This document shows, piece after piece, positions 20,149-29,556 of a DNA stretch of 64,000 nucleotides (positions are counted from its first letter, which is position 1; every line of letters starts with the position of its first letter). This DNA is from Nitrospinaceae bacterium UBA7883 (lineage in GTDB: Bacteria > Nitrospinota_A > UBA7883). The notes under the pieces are model-generated. The model was not told the DNA's origin, made no database searches, and saw nothing but the letters and a program-made list of their open reading frames with translations. The DNA lies in the NCBI GenBank assembly GCA_002500605.1, contig DLRR01000021.1, positions 130,418 through 194,417 of the forward strand, given 5' to 3'. The position numbers and the translations under genes were made by a program.

Positions 20149-20859
20149 TTATTGCAATGATTGTGTGTTAGGAAAGGACTTAGTAATTGTTCCTTCCGGT
20201 GCAATGAAGTTAAACCTAGAACAATCAATTTCTAAGCCTATTTTAACATCTGTATACGTTATTTGGTTTTTGTTTCCGAGGTAATCCACAAACGTAGTTT
20301 GCATTAGCTTAAAGGTATTCTTGTCCACCTTTAGCAATACCCCTTTAATTGACCTTTGAGGCTTTTTTGGTATAAGCCTTAGCATTATGTGTTCAAGTTT
20401 ATCGTTTTTTTTTCCAGGAACCAAGTCGATATTAAATAGCTCACTTATCAAAACCTCGCCAGACAAGAAAGTTGCAGGTGAAATTGAATGAAAATTGCCG
20501 GTGAAGTCCTCATAGTAAACGGATTTGTCCTCTGGATCGTAAAACCAAAGTCTAGAGCCGTTAACAACTATACTCATACCTTTTGGTGTTTCATAGTTCC
20601 ACCTCATCATAGAAGGTTTTTTTAAGATCAGCCGGCCATTGGTTTCTCCAGCAACTCCAAACCCACGAGTGATTGATATTTGCGAAAATTTCGCCGAAAG
20701 GGAATTAATTTCTCCTATCGCCTTCTCCACTTTGTTGATAACCTGCTTATTGTTCAGTCCAACCTTTTCCTCGGCCATCGAAACCAAAGAATCAACAGGT
20801 AACACAGGCAATAAGAACAGAACTAGAAATAAAGTTTTCATAAAAAACAAACTAAACAA
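20149..20859 (-). CDS. lolA: LolA-like outer-membrane lipoprotein carrier protein
   Basis: Signal peptide, then FSAKFSQ...GRLILKKPSMMRWNYETPKGMSIVVNGSRLWFYDP, matching the LolA fold pattern. Confidence 0.65.
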   Translation of the reverse strand: MFSLFFMKTLFLVLFLLPVLPVDSLVSMAEEKVGLNNKQVINKVEKAIGEINSLSAKFSQISITRGFGVAGETNGRLILKKPSMMRWNYETPKGMSIVVNGSRLWFYDPEDKSVYYEDFTGNFHSISPATFLSGEVLISELFNIDLVPGKKNDKLEHIMLRLIPKKPQRSIKGVLLKVDKNTFKLMQTTFVDYLGNKNQITYTDVKIGLEIDCSRFNFIAPEGTITKSFPNTQSLQ

Positions 20860-20890
20860 ACTGAATGATTGGTTAAACTACTCGTTGCTT

Positions 20891-21496
20891 TTATCCTAGC
20901 CACCTTTTCACTTCGCCAGACGCGATCATTTGTATGGCCTTAGGATAAATAATATGCTCCTGCTCCAGAATTCTGGCAGAAAGAGACTCAACTGTATCTC
21001 TTGGCATAACTGGTACACATGACTGGATTATGATAGGCCCCGTATCCACACCTTCATCAACAAAATGAACTGTACAACCAGAAACCTTTACGCCATGATC
21101 CAGCGCCTGTCGTTGTGCGGCCAGACCAGGAAAAGACGGTAAAAGCGAAGGATGAACGTTTATGATATTCCCATCAAAACGGTGAATAAACTTTTTCGAG
21201 AGTATACGCATAAATCCAGCCAGACAAACAAGGTCAGCTCCAGACTCTTCCACTGCATCGGAAAGGGCAACATCATAAGTTGCTACATCATCATAGTTTT
21301 TACGCTGTAATACTTTACTTTTTATTGATTGATTCCTTGCACGCTCAAGTGCTTTCGCTTTAGAGTTATCTGACAAGACCAATACGGTGTCTGCATTTAT
21401 TTCACCAGACCTGCATGCGTCTACAATTGATTGTAAGTTGCTTCCCCTACCAGACACTAGTACAGCTATCTTCAGTTTATCTGTGGCAAACATCAA
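20891..21496 (-). CDS. purN: Phosphoribosylglycinamide formyltransferase PurN
   Basis: IAVLVSGRGSNLQ and NVHPSLLPSFPG are present. The start overlaps the stop of the upstream fusion gene by 4 bp. Confidence 0.9.
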   Translation of the reverse strand: MMFATDKLKIAVLVSGRGSNLQSIVDACRSGEINADTVLVLSDNSKAKALERARNQSIKSKVLQRKNYDDVATYDVALSDAVEESGADLVCLAGFMRILSKKFIHRFDGNIINVHPSLLPSFPGLAAQRQALDHGVKVSGCTVHFVDEGVDTGPIIIQSCVPVMPRDTVESLSARILEQEHIIYPKAIQMIASGEVKRWLG

Positions 21497-23538
21497 CTTT
21501 TTACCAGTGTTTCGTTGATTTTCCTAACCATTTCAATGTTTTGTGTATGTCCTGATTGACGGGCTGTAAATTTCCCGCAAATTGGTCGGCCCAGAAGGTA
21601 AAGGTCGCCAATCAGATCCAAAACCTTGTGTCGAGCAGGTTCGTTTGGGAAGCGCAAAGGTGTATTGATAACCTTTTCGCTATCTATCAGGATAAAGTTT
21701 GAAAGCTTACCACCACTTGCTAGCCCCATTTTTTCAAGCATTTTTATGTCTTTCAAAAATCCAAATGTTCTTGCTGGGGCTACGGTATCTTTATAATGAG
21801 AGCCACCACGGTATTCGTATTGATATCTCTGTTTACCAACTGGCTGTGGGTAATCTAGAAAATAGTCTATTGTAAATCCATCAGCCGGCTCAACTGTCAG
21901 AGTAGATGTCCCATCGGTGGCAGATACTGTCATCTCCTCTTTAATAACAATTGGCTCAATATTAGCTTCTTGTTCCACAAGTTCACCGTTCTCGATAAGT
22001 TCACAGAACTCTCGTGCCGATCCGTCCATTATTGGTGCCTCATCACCAATTTTGATTAGTAGGTTTGTAATCCCATAACTATGCAGCGCTGACAGTATAT
22101 GCTCTACTGTTTTTATGGTTACAATCTCACTAGACAATGTGGTTGCATACTCAGTAGATTTCACGCTTTCAAGGGAGGCTGGTATTTTGGTGCCAGTTGA
22201 AATACTCCAAAATAATATACCTGAATCAGGTGGCAACGGAGAAAGGATAAGTCCTGTATTAAGCCCAGAATGGAGTCCTTGACCACACAATACAACAGAG
22301 CTTTTAAGTGTGCATTGTGGGATGCTTTTTGGGCTTTTTGTACCTACCATACGAGAAGACAACTTTTTCTTTTTGGATTCCTTCTTCTGTTCACTTTCTT
22401 TTATGCTTTCTTCTTGCCCTGCTATTATCACGTGTTCTCCCGTTAAGGTATCTCCATCTGATCCAAGTGTAGCTAGTTCAAGCACGTGACGCAGTTCATC
22501 TGTATACCTAATAGCTGAAGAGCTTGTGAGTCTATCAAGTAGATTACTTTCAATAATCTTTATATTTTTCCCATATTGTTTTGAAATCGACTCTACAAAC
22601 TGTTGGGACAGTTCAAGCATATCCTCTCTTCGTTTAAACAGTGGTTCTATCAGCACGGTGTTGGGTTGTAACTTATCTGAAATGGCTTTGAATACCTTGG
22701 AAGAGCGTTTACTAGAACTTATTTTAGCTGATACGATTATAAGTAAGTCTTCTGTCTTAGCTTGGACAGAAAGAACTTCTAAAATCTTTCTGCGTGTTCT
22801 AGCAGGCAATGCATCTATTCGATCTACGAACAAAGTACCACCCGCTACCTTGGAAAGCATGGGCTGCGTTTTAGCGTATTTTTTGTTCTTAGTTTCCAAC
22901 CCAAAGCACTCCAACAATCCATCTTCGCCACTTGATATTAGACCAGAAACATGCATAAACAGATTTTTTGACTTACCTGAATTTCCGGCTATGTATCGCG
23001 CTGCCATCTCTGATGTTAAGCCAGGTTCACTAATTAGCAAAACTGGCTTGTTCGCTTTAGCGGCATCATCGAGATCTTTTAGGATGCGCCTTGAAATTCT
23101 CGACGGCCCACAAAACCAGTTTTCACTCTGGTAATGTTCTGCTTTACCTGATAAAACTGGTATTCGATTCTTTGCACCTTCTAAAGCAGAAGATATGGTT
23201 TTTAATATGGTTTCAAGTGAGAAAGGTTTTTCTATAAAATCAAATGCGCCCAGCTTTGTTGCTTTGACCGCCGTATCTATTGCACCATGCCCGCTCATCA
23301 TGATAACTTCTGATTTCAAGCCCATCCCCCTTAATAGCTTTAATGTTTGAATTCCATCAATGCCAGGCATCCAAATATCCAGCAGAATTATATCTGGGCT
23401 GTGCGCCCTAGCCATTCTGACGGCTGTCTCACCATCTTTGGCCATATTGACTTCGTACCCTTCATCAGAAAGAATTCCATGAATTGAAACGCGGATGTTT
23501 TCCTCATCGTCTATTACAAGTATCTTTACCTTGGCCAT
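21493..23538 (-). CDS. lpxC: Three-domain fusion protein (681 aa). It carries a response-regulator receiver (REC), a degenerate NtrC-type sigma54-interaction AAA+ domain that lacks ATPase motifs, and UDP-3-O-acyl-N-acetylglucosamine deacetylase LpxC.
   Basis: The REC domain is intact: KILVIDDEENIR...ILLDIWMPGIDG...MMSGHG...IEKPF. The central domain aligns to NtrC AAA+ but has Walker A SEPGLTSE, no GAFTGA, and Walker B DR. The C-terminus is full LpxC: CTLKSSVVLCGQGLHSGLNTGLILSP, TVEHILSAL, APIMDGSA, ARTFGFLKD, ARHKVLDLIGD and ARQSGHT. A K/E-rich linker replaces the HTH. The reading frame is continuous and there is no RBS before the LpxC part. Confidence 0.8.
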   Translation of the reverse strand: MAKVKILVIDDEENIRVSIHGILSDEGYEVNMAKDGETAVRMARAHSPDIILLDIWMPGIDGIQTLKLLRGMGLKSEVIMMSGHGAIDTAVKATKLGAFDFIEKPFSLETILKTISSALEGAKNRIPVLSGKAEHYQSENWFCGPSRISRRILKDLDDAAKANKPVLLISEPGLTSEMAARYIAGNSGKSKNLFMHVSGLISSGEDGLLECFGLETKNKKYAKTQPMLSKVAGGTLFVDRIDALPARTRRKILEVLSVQAKTEDLLIIVSAKISSSKRSSKVFKAISDKLQPNTVLIEPLFKRREDMLELSQQFVESISKQYGKNIKIIESNLLDRLTSSSAIRYTDELRHVLELATLGSDGDTLTGEHVIIAGQEESIKESEQKKESKKKKLSSRMVGTKSPKSIPQCTLKSSVVLCGQGLHSGLNTGLILSPLPPDSGILFWSISTGTKIPASLESVKSTEYATTLSSEIVTIKTVEHILSALHSYGITNLLIKIGDEAPIMDGSAREFCELIENGELVEQEANIEPIVIKEEMTVSATDGTSTLTVEPADGFTIDYFLDYPQPVGKQRYQYEYRGGSHYKDTVAPARTFGFLKDIKMLEKMGLASGGKLSNFILIDSEKVINTPLRFPNEPARHKVLDLIGDLYLLGRPICGKFTARQSGHTQNIEMVRKINETLVKS

Positions 23539-23673
23539 TTATATTTTTCCGTAACCGTTAGACATTCTGTGACTTTTTCTCTTGGTGTTACCAATAACGT
23601 GGCATCTTCAGTAATCCATAAAGGATACATCGGCGTGAAATGGGCTCTCCACTATACCCGGCAAATTGTAGCA

Positions 23674-26016
23674 CTAATTCGATGACAATTCGATAGTAAA
23701 CACTGCACCGGTCGGCTTGTTATCACTAACTTTAATAGTACCGCCATGGTCCACCACGACCTGACTAGCAATGGCTAGCCCCAATCCAGTGCCTTGCGCT
23801 TTAGTAGAAAAGTAGGACTGGAATATTTTCTCTTTATCTTTTTCCGATACTCCGTGCCCGTTGTCTATAACTTCAATCACAACTTTATCCCTAGCACTAT
23901 CATATATTGTTCTTATTATAATCAAACCCCCTTCGCCTATAGAGTCCATTGCATTTTCAACAAGATTTATCAATGCTCTTCTAAACTGTTCGGCATCAAT
24001 CGTAACCAGCTGAATCGCCGAGTCAAGTTCAGTTTCTATCAGTAAATTCTGCCGCGTATTTTGGTACAACTTCACTACTTCAAAAATAATATCATGTAGC
24101 ATCGTTGGTTCAGGACGAAGCCCCAAGGTAATAGATTCGCCTGGATCTAAAGGACCAGAGTACGATTCTGGTGATTCCGAAAACTGGCGAAACTTATCAA
24201 CCAGTGCTTTGAGCTGTTCTACTTCTTGGATAATGATATTTGTCGCATCGTCAAGCGCCTTTGGAAAATCAGCTGCATTTTGCTCATATTTTCTACGAAG
24301 TCGCTGTGTGTTTAATTGTATTGGGGTAAGCGGGTTTTTTATTTCATGAGCTATGGCTCTTGCCATTTCTCTCCAAGCTATGGTTCTCTGCGCCCCTATA
24401 AGATCCGTTATGTCGTCAAAAACAAATACCATCCCCACATACTGGCCCAAATGATCGGTCAACACTGAGCCTCCGGCTTTGAGTATTCGCTTCTTATTAT
24501 CAATTAGTAGATTTATTTCTCTTACGATCGTTTTTTCACCTTGCTCGCTCATTTCTCTTACCACGTTTCGAACTGGTGACAAATATTTAGGTTCTAACAT
24601 TGTATTAAAATTTTGCCCTCGGGATTTATCTTGTTCTATACCAAACATATGCGCGGCCGATTCGTTTATGGTTGTAACTACTCCAAGTTTGTCTAACGAA
24701 AAAATACCTCCGCCAACATTCTCAAGTATAGCTTCGACATACTGACCCCAATGATAAAGCTCTGTATTAGATTCTGATAATTCCACGTTAATACGTTCGA
24801 CTTGTTCTTTAGAATTTTTCAGGTCCAGCGTCATTTTATTAAACGCGCCTACCAGTTGCGCAGCCTCGTCACCCTTATTAGGTAAGTCTATTTGAATATC
24901 CAAGTTTCCTTTAGCCACAGCTTCGGTGGCCTCCGCAAGTAACTTGAGAGGAACAGTGATTCCTTTCGCAATGTAGAAACCAAACCAGATGGATGAAAAC
25001 ACAAGAACCAAAGCAACTGTTGCAAGTGTCAGTTGATATGAATCCTTTATCATCTCCTTTTTTATTCTTAGCTGCTTATAATCCTGAAAGGCCTCCAGAA
25101 TCCCCTGCACTTTTTCAAGTAGTCTTCTGGAAACAGTCTTTATTACCACAACAACGCCAAGCACATGGCTAGGCTTGCCCTTTGGTCTTATTAATATTGG
25201 TACCATGGAAACGACGTGGTTTTCTTCACGCACATCCTCTATGCTAGAAACAGCCTCTCCCATAGCAACTTTGGCAAGCATATTAAGTTCAGTGCGTAGA
25301 TCAAAATTCACAAAAAAAGCATTGTCCTTTCTTGCCTCTTCTATGATTTCAAAATCAGAGTTGTATACCTGAATCACGTCGACATCGTATTCGAAAGTCT
25401 TTTTTTGGATTTCTCGTTTAAGAACTTCACGGGCATCGGGATTCAATAGTTTTCCACGGTGTATAAGCCCTGCCACGTAAGCAGCATAAGACATGGTCTG
25501 TTTTTCAGAATTTTTGTATAGTGCCTCAGCAACAGCTACTGATTCATGTAAAGTTTGCTCAATAGGACTGTTTATCCATTTGTCTATTGTGTCACTAAGA
25601 AGTTCTGAAGCTACAGTAAACACAAGGATGGAAGGAATAAGGGTCAAACTAAGAAAAGCTATAACAAGACGAGCTTGAAATCTTGATCCGGCAATACCTC
25701 CTCGACGTTCGAAATAAAGCTTTATGATGTTACGGGCCACTAACAACAACAGAACAAGAACGAGGATTAATCCGAAGTTGAGGGAAATTGCTACAAGAAT
25801 ATTGTTTGAAATTGGAGTATTGATTTCTGATTCGGATAAAAACAGCGTGGCCATGAATAAAACGATGAAAAGTACAAACCCGGCCAACATAACGTATCTG
25901 GTTTTCCGCTTGCGTATATTTATTATGGAGTCAGGTTTTTCATCCCTGTAGTCTCCAGGGAGCACAAGCCATTTGGCAAAGTTCAAAGCACGATTCATTT
26001 GATGTTTGATATTCAT
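23674..26016 (-). CDS. ntrY: NtrY-like sensor histidine kinase (multi-TM N-terminal region, HAMP, PAS, HisKA, HATPase)
   Basis: Its H-box AIAHEIKNPLTPIQLNTQRL is characteristic of NtrY. The C-terminal HATPase_c carries GTGLGLAIASQVVVDHGG. The gene is syntenic with DUF4390 upstream and the REC/AAA gene downstream. Confidence 0.8.
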   Translation of the reverse strand: MNIKHQMNRALNFAKWLVLPGDYRDEKPDSIINIRKRKTRYVMLAGFVLFIVLFMATLFLSESEINTPISNNILVAISLNFGLILVLVLLLLVARNIIKLYFERRGGIAGSRFQARLVIAFLSLTLIPSILVFTVASELLSDTIDKWINSPIEQTLHESVAVAEALYKNSEKQTMSYAAYVAGLIHRGKLLNPDAREVLKREIQKKTFEYDVDVIQVYNSDFEIIEEARKDNAFFVNFDLRTELNMLAKVAMGEAVSSIEDVREENHVVSMVPILIRPKGKPSHVLGVVVVIKTVSRRLLEKVQGILEAFQDYKQLRIKKEMIKDSYQLTLATVALVLVFSSIWFGFYIAKGITVPLKLLAEATEAVAKGNLDIQIDLPNKGDEAAQLVGAFNKMTLDLKNSKEQVERINVELSESNTELYHWGQYVEAILENVGGGIFSLDKLGVVTTINESAAHMFGIEQDKSRGQNFNTMLEPKYLSPVRNVVREMSEQGEKTIVREINLLIDNKKRILKAGGSVLTDHLGQYVGMVFVFDDITDLIGAQRTIAWREMARAIAHEIKNPLTPIQLNTQRLRRKYEQNAADFPKALDDATNIIIQEVEQLKALVDKFRQFSESPESYSGPLDPGESITLGLRPEPTMLHDIIFEVVKLYQNTRQNLLIETELDSAIQLVTIDAEQFRRALINLVENAMDSIGEGGLIIIRTIYDSARDKVVIEVIDNGHGVSEKDKEKIFQSYFSTKAQGTGLGLAIASQVVVDHGGTIKVSDNKPTGAVFTIELSSN

Positions 26017-26028
26017 TTAGCAATCCCG

Positions 26029-26796
26029 CTATGGGTTCTTGTTATATTGTTCACTAACCTCAACTAGCTCAGCTGCTTTTTCTGAAAAATCAAAAGAAAT
26101 TGGCTTAGATTTCGACCAATCAGTGCCTAAGTTCCAATGCGATAGGAAAAACAGGATGTAGTTGAACGGAGGTATAAGTTTGAGTGCTTTTATTTGAGCT
26201 TTTACTCTAATATAGTAAACTGCATCGCTATCCAATTCGTCCACACTGCCGATTCCTTCCTCCTCTAGCTTTTTCATCCATTGCTCTAGTTCCTGGGTCT
26301 TCCTAATGACAATTGGGCTTTGCACTAGTGGCACTATTTGGCCGTTTTTGGTTGTTATTGCATTATTTTTTCCGCCCTTGATATTTTCTTTACCTCTCCT
26401 CATTAAAGCCTCGTCGATTTCATTTTCAAAATCGATATCGTCACTATCCTCGGCCAGTTTCTCCCACGTTAAGTACTCTTTAGTAAATGCGTCAAACATT
26501 GTCATACGCTTAATAGTGACTTGTTTCTCGGTCGTATCCCAATAGAAAAGGCGTTCTCTCCTAAGCTGAATTATGTAAGTAAAAGTAATGGGGGCTCCAC
26601 TGGCAAGAGTTTCTCTGATTTCTTGTGTAAATGCATCAGCCAAGAAAGTAGAAAGAATAATCTCTTTCTCCTTTATTTCAACGAATACATCAACCACCTC
26701 TGGGTCGCCTGCAAAAGAAAATCCGTACCACAGTGGCACCATTAACATACAGAAAGTAATTATGCGCAAATAAACCTTATGACAATCGTTGGTCAT
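26029..26796 (-). CDS. DUF4390-like protein. In Betaproteobacteria this family precedes ntrY-ntrX.
   Basis: An N-terminal hydrophobic segment is followed by RRERLFYWDTTEKQVTIKRMTMFDAFTKEYL. The pattern resembles the conserved DUF4390 core. It lies first in the operon with ntrY. Confidence 0.5.
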   Translation of the reverse strand: MTNDCHKVYLRIITFCMLMVPLWYGFSFAGDPEVVDVFVEIKEKEIILSTFLADAFTQEIRETLASGAPITFTYIIQLRRERLFYWDTTEKQVTIKRMTMFDAFTKEYLTWEKLAEDSDDIDFENEIDEALMRRGKENIKGGKNNAITTKNGQIVPLVQSPIVIRKTQELEQWMKKLEEEGIGSVDELDSDAVYYIRVKAQIKALKLIPPFNYILFFLSHWNLGTDWSKSKPISFDFSEKAAELVEVSEQYNKNP

Positions 26797-26888
26797 TATG
26801 TGTTCTCAACGCTCCATCTAAACAGTATAGTTGTTGTTACAAACACCAAAAGTGTTGTGCTTCTGCTTATAGTGCTCTTCCTGTCTAA

Positions 26889-29081
26889 TCAATATAATGG
26901 TTTCATTGCAATCACCGAGAGTGGCGGCAGCGTAACAGAGAAATGGAACTTCCACTTTCCTCGTTTCCCTTCGTAGGCTTGAACTACACCCATGTTACCC
27001 ATGTTTGAACCATTGTAAGATTCGGAATCTGAGTTAAACACCTCTATGTATCTACCCAATTCAGGACTTCCTACTAAATAATTTTCTCTTGGTGTGGGAG
27101 TAAAATTAAATATAAATATCATATAGTCGCCTAGTTTTTTTCCTTTTCGCATAAAAGATATAACAGAATTTTCGGTGTCGCTATGGTCTATCCATTCAAA
27201 GCCATCTACAGTAAAGTCACTCTCCCACAAACTCGGTGAGTCTAAGTACAATCTGCCAAGATCGGACATATATCGATGAAGCTTTGCATTAGATTGATTT
27301 TCAAGTAGGCTCCACTCTACAGATCCATCAAAGTTCCATTCCTCCTTTTGTCCAATATCCAAGCCTTGGAACAGCATTTTTTTCCCAGGATGGGCAAACA
27401 TATATCCATACAGCAAACGTAAGTTGGCAAATTTCTGCCACAAATCTCCAGGCATCTTGTCAAACAATGAACCTTTCCCATGAACAACTTCATCGTGGCT
27501 CAAAGTAAGAATGAAATTTTCATCAAATGCATACAACAAAGAGAAAGTTAACACACCATGGTGATATTTTCTATAAACCGGGTCCTTACGGAAGTAGCCC
27601 AAGATGTCATGCATCCAGCCCATGTTCCATTTCATAGTAAACCCAAGTCCATTCGAATGCGTGGGTCGCGATACACCTGGCCACGAAGTTGATTCCTCAG
27701 CTATGGTAATTACCCCTGGAAATTTGTCATGAATCAGTATGTTCATTCTCTTCAAAAACTCAACAGCCTCTAGATTTTCCCTGCCATTAAACACATTAGG
27801 AAGCCACTCTCCTTCTTCACGGGAATAATCCAAGTAAAGCATGGAAGACACAGCATCCACACGAAGTCCGTCCACGTGGTAATGTTCAAACCAGAAAAGT
27901 GCTGATGATAGTAAAAAATTGCTTACTTCGGTTCTACCATAATTAAATACACGAGTTCCCCACTCTTTGTGCTCACCCTTACGCGAGTCTTCATGTTCAT
28001 AGAGTGCAGTTCCATCAAACCTGCTAAGGCCATGTTCATCTTTAGGAAAATGACCCGGCACCCAATCAATAATCACGCCTATTTCATTCTGATGCATAAA
28101 GTCAATGAAGTATTTAAAGTCATCTGGATCGCCAAACCTTGATGTTGGGCAAAAATAGCCCGTTACTTGGTAGCCCCAAGATGGATCGTATGGGAATTCT
28201 CCAATAGGCATAAGCTCTAAATGCGTATAATTCTGTTGCCTACAATGTTCAACCAGCAAAGGTGCTAATTCGCAATAAGAAATCCATCCACCGCCTTCAT
28301 CAGCCTTTGACCATGAGCCTAAATGCACTTCGTAAACACTCATTGGTCTGTTTAACAGATCAAGGTTCGGTCTATTTGCAATCCATTCTTTATCTTCCCA
28401 AGCATATTCAGTAATATCCCAAACAACACTCGCCGATTCCGGTCGAAGCTGGCTAGCAAATGCAAAGGGGTCTGCCTTCTTAATTAAATCACCGTTTTGA
28501 GCTTTTATTTCAAACTTATAGATGTCGTATTTGGTTATACCAGGGATAAATATTTCCCATATTCCAGAAACGCCTATTTTGCGCATCTGGTATCGCCTAC
28601 CATCCCAATCGCAAAAGTTTCCGATTACGGAAACACTTTTAGCGTTTGGCGCCCATACACCAAACCGTGTTCCAGACACACCGTCGATGTTTACTTTGTG
28701 TGCTCCAAGTTTTTTATGTGCATCTAGGTGGGTCCCTTCATTGAAAAGGTAAGTGTCTATCTCACCAATAGATGGGAGGAAGCTGTACGGATCACGTGTT
28801 ATTGTGTGCAAGCCTTTAAATGTGACCAAATGTAAATCGTAGGCAAAAATGGAGCGTTTAGGTATAACCACCTCAAAAAAACCGTCGCTACAGACTTTCT
28901 TCATGCTGTACCGATTTGCCCGGTTGTGTAAATCAATAACGGCTGCCTCAGCTGCCTCAGGCAAAAAAGCCCTCACAACAACATCGTTGCCATCCTTGTG
29001 AATGCCGAGAATTGAGTGTGGGTTATCGTGCTCCACAGCAAGAATTCTAGCTAAGTTGTGCTTATAGGCCAACCGTGTCAT
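26889..29081 (-). CDS. glgB: 1,4-alpha-glucan branching enzyme GlgB
   Basis: 730 aa with an N-terminal CBM48, a GH13 catalytic core (GVIIDWVPGHF, GLRVDAVSSMLY) and the typical GlgB N-terminus. Confidence 0.92.
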   Translation of the reverse strand: MTRLAYKHNLARILAVEHDNPHSILGIHKDGNDVVVRAFLPEAAEAAVIDLHNRANRYSMKKVCSDGFFEVVIPKRSIFAYDLHLVTFKGLHTITRDPYSFLPSIGEIDTYLFNEGTHLDAHKKLGAHKVNIDGVSGTRFGVWAPNAKSVSVIGNFCDWDGRRYQMRKIGVSGIWEIFIPGITKYDIYKFEIKAQNGDLIKKADPFAFASQLRPESASVVWDITEYAWEDKEWIANRPNLDLLNRPMSVYEVHLGSWSKADEGGGWISYCELAPLLVEHCRQQNYTHLELMPIGEFPYDPSWGYQVTGYFCPTSRFGDPDDFKYFIDFMHQNEIGVIIDWVPGHFPKDEHGLSRFDGTALYEHEDSRKGEHKEWGTRVFNYGRTEVSNFLLSSALFWFEHYHVDGLRVDAVSSMLYLDYSREEGEWLPNVFNGRENLEAVEFLKRMNILIHDKFPGVITIAEESTSWPGVSRPTHSNGLGFTMKWNMGWMHDILGYFRKDPVYRKYHHGVLTFSLLYAFDENFILTLSHDEVVHGKGSLFDKMPGDLWQKFANLRLLYGYMFAHPGKKMLFQGLDIGQKEEWNFDGSVEWSLLENQSNAKLHRYMSDLGRLYLDSPSLWESDFTVDGFEWIDHSDTENSVISFMRKGKKLGDYMIFIFNFTPTPRENYLVGSPELGRYIEVFNSDSESYNGSNMGNMGVVQAYEGKRGKWKFHFSVTLPPLSVIAMKPLY

Positions 29082-29402
29082 TTATATAACTTCCTTATGC
29101 TATACCACTGCCCTCTAGGTTGTCCGGGTAATTAAGAACTTTTGCGCATGCCAACAAATTAAAGCCGTGCAGTTCACTGAATTCACTATAAACCTAAGGG
29201 ATAACGCCAAGCTGATTAACCCAACTCAAACCAACATTGATATTGTACGTGTTTTCCCACTACGGCTTTTGGAATTATAGTATTTTTAGCACCATATTGA
29301 TTTTGGTAGCCTGTGCCGGTCGAACCCAACATTCTCCCCGCCTGAACAAAAAACTCTAAATAGGTGTCTTTGGGGCTCACGTTTCCACCTAAAAACAAAC
29401 TT

Positions 29403-29447
29403 TTAGTGACAATAATAGCATTATTGCCACTATTATTCTTTTTTTTT
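29403..29447 (+). terminator. Orphan intrinsic-terminator-like structure (nested hairpin followed by T9), a candidate 3' end of an unannotated small RNA
   Basis: An inner 8 bp stem AATAATAG/CTATTATT (29411-29437, 11 nt loop) sits inside an outer 10 bp inverted repeat TTAGTGACAA/TTGTCACTAA. It is followed by TTTTTTTTT (29439-29447). No plus-strand CDS lies upstream. Confidence 0.35.
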
Positions 29448-29556
29448 GTCACTAATGTCTAATAATTAGCAGCTCTGAGCTATAAAATATTTATTAATAA
29501 GCATTTAGATTTTGGCATGCGTATTGTATTGTATTGCAGTAAAGGCTGACTAACTT

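Noticed and set aside
29216-29452. 78 aa minus-strand ORF in the glgB/porin intergenic region
   Set aside because: It has no RBS or recognisable family. It is antisense to the terminator-like hairpin at 29403-29447, so the ncRNA or structural explanation is preferred.
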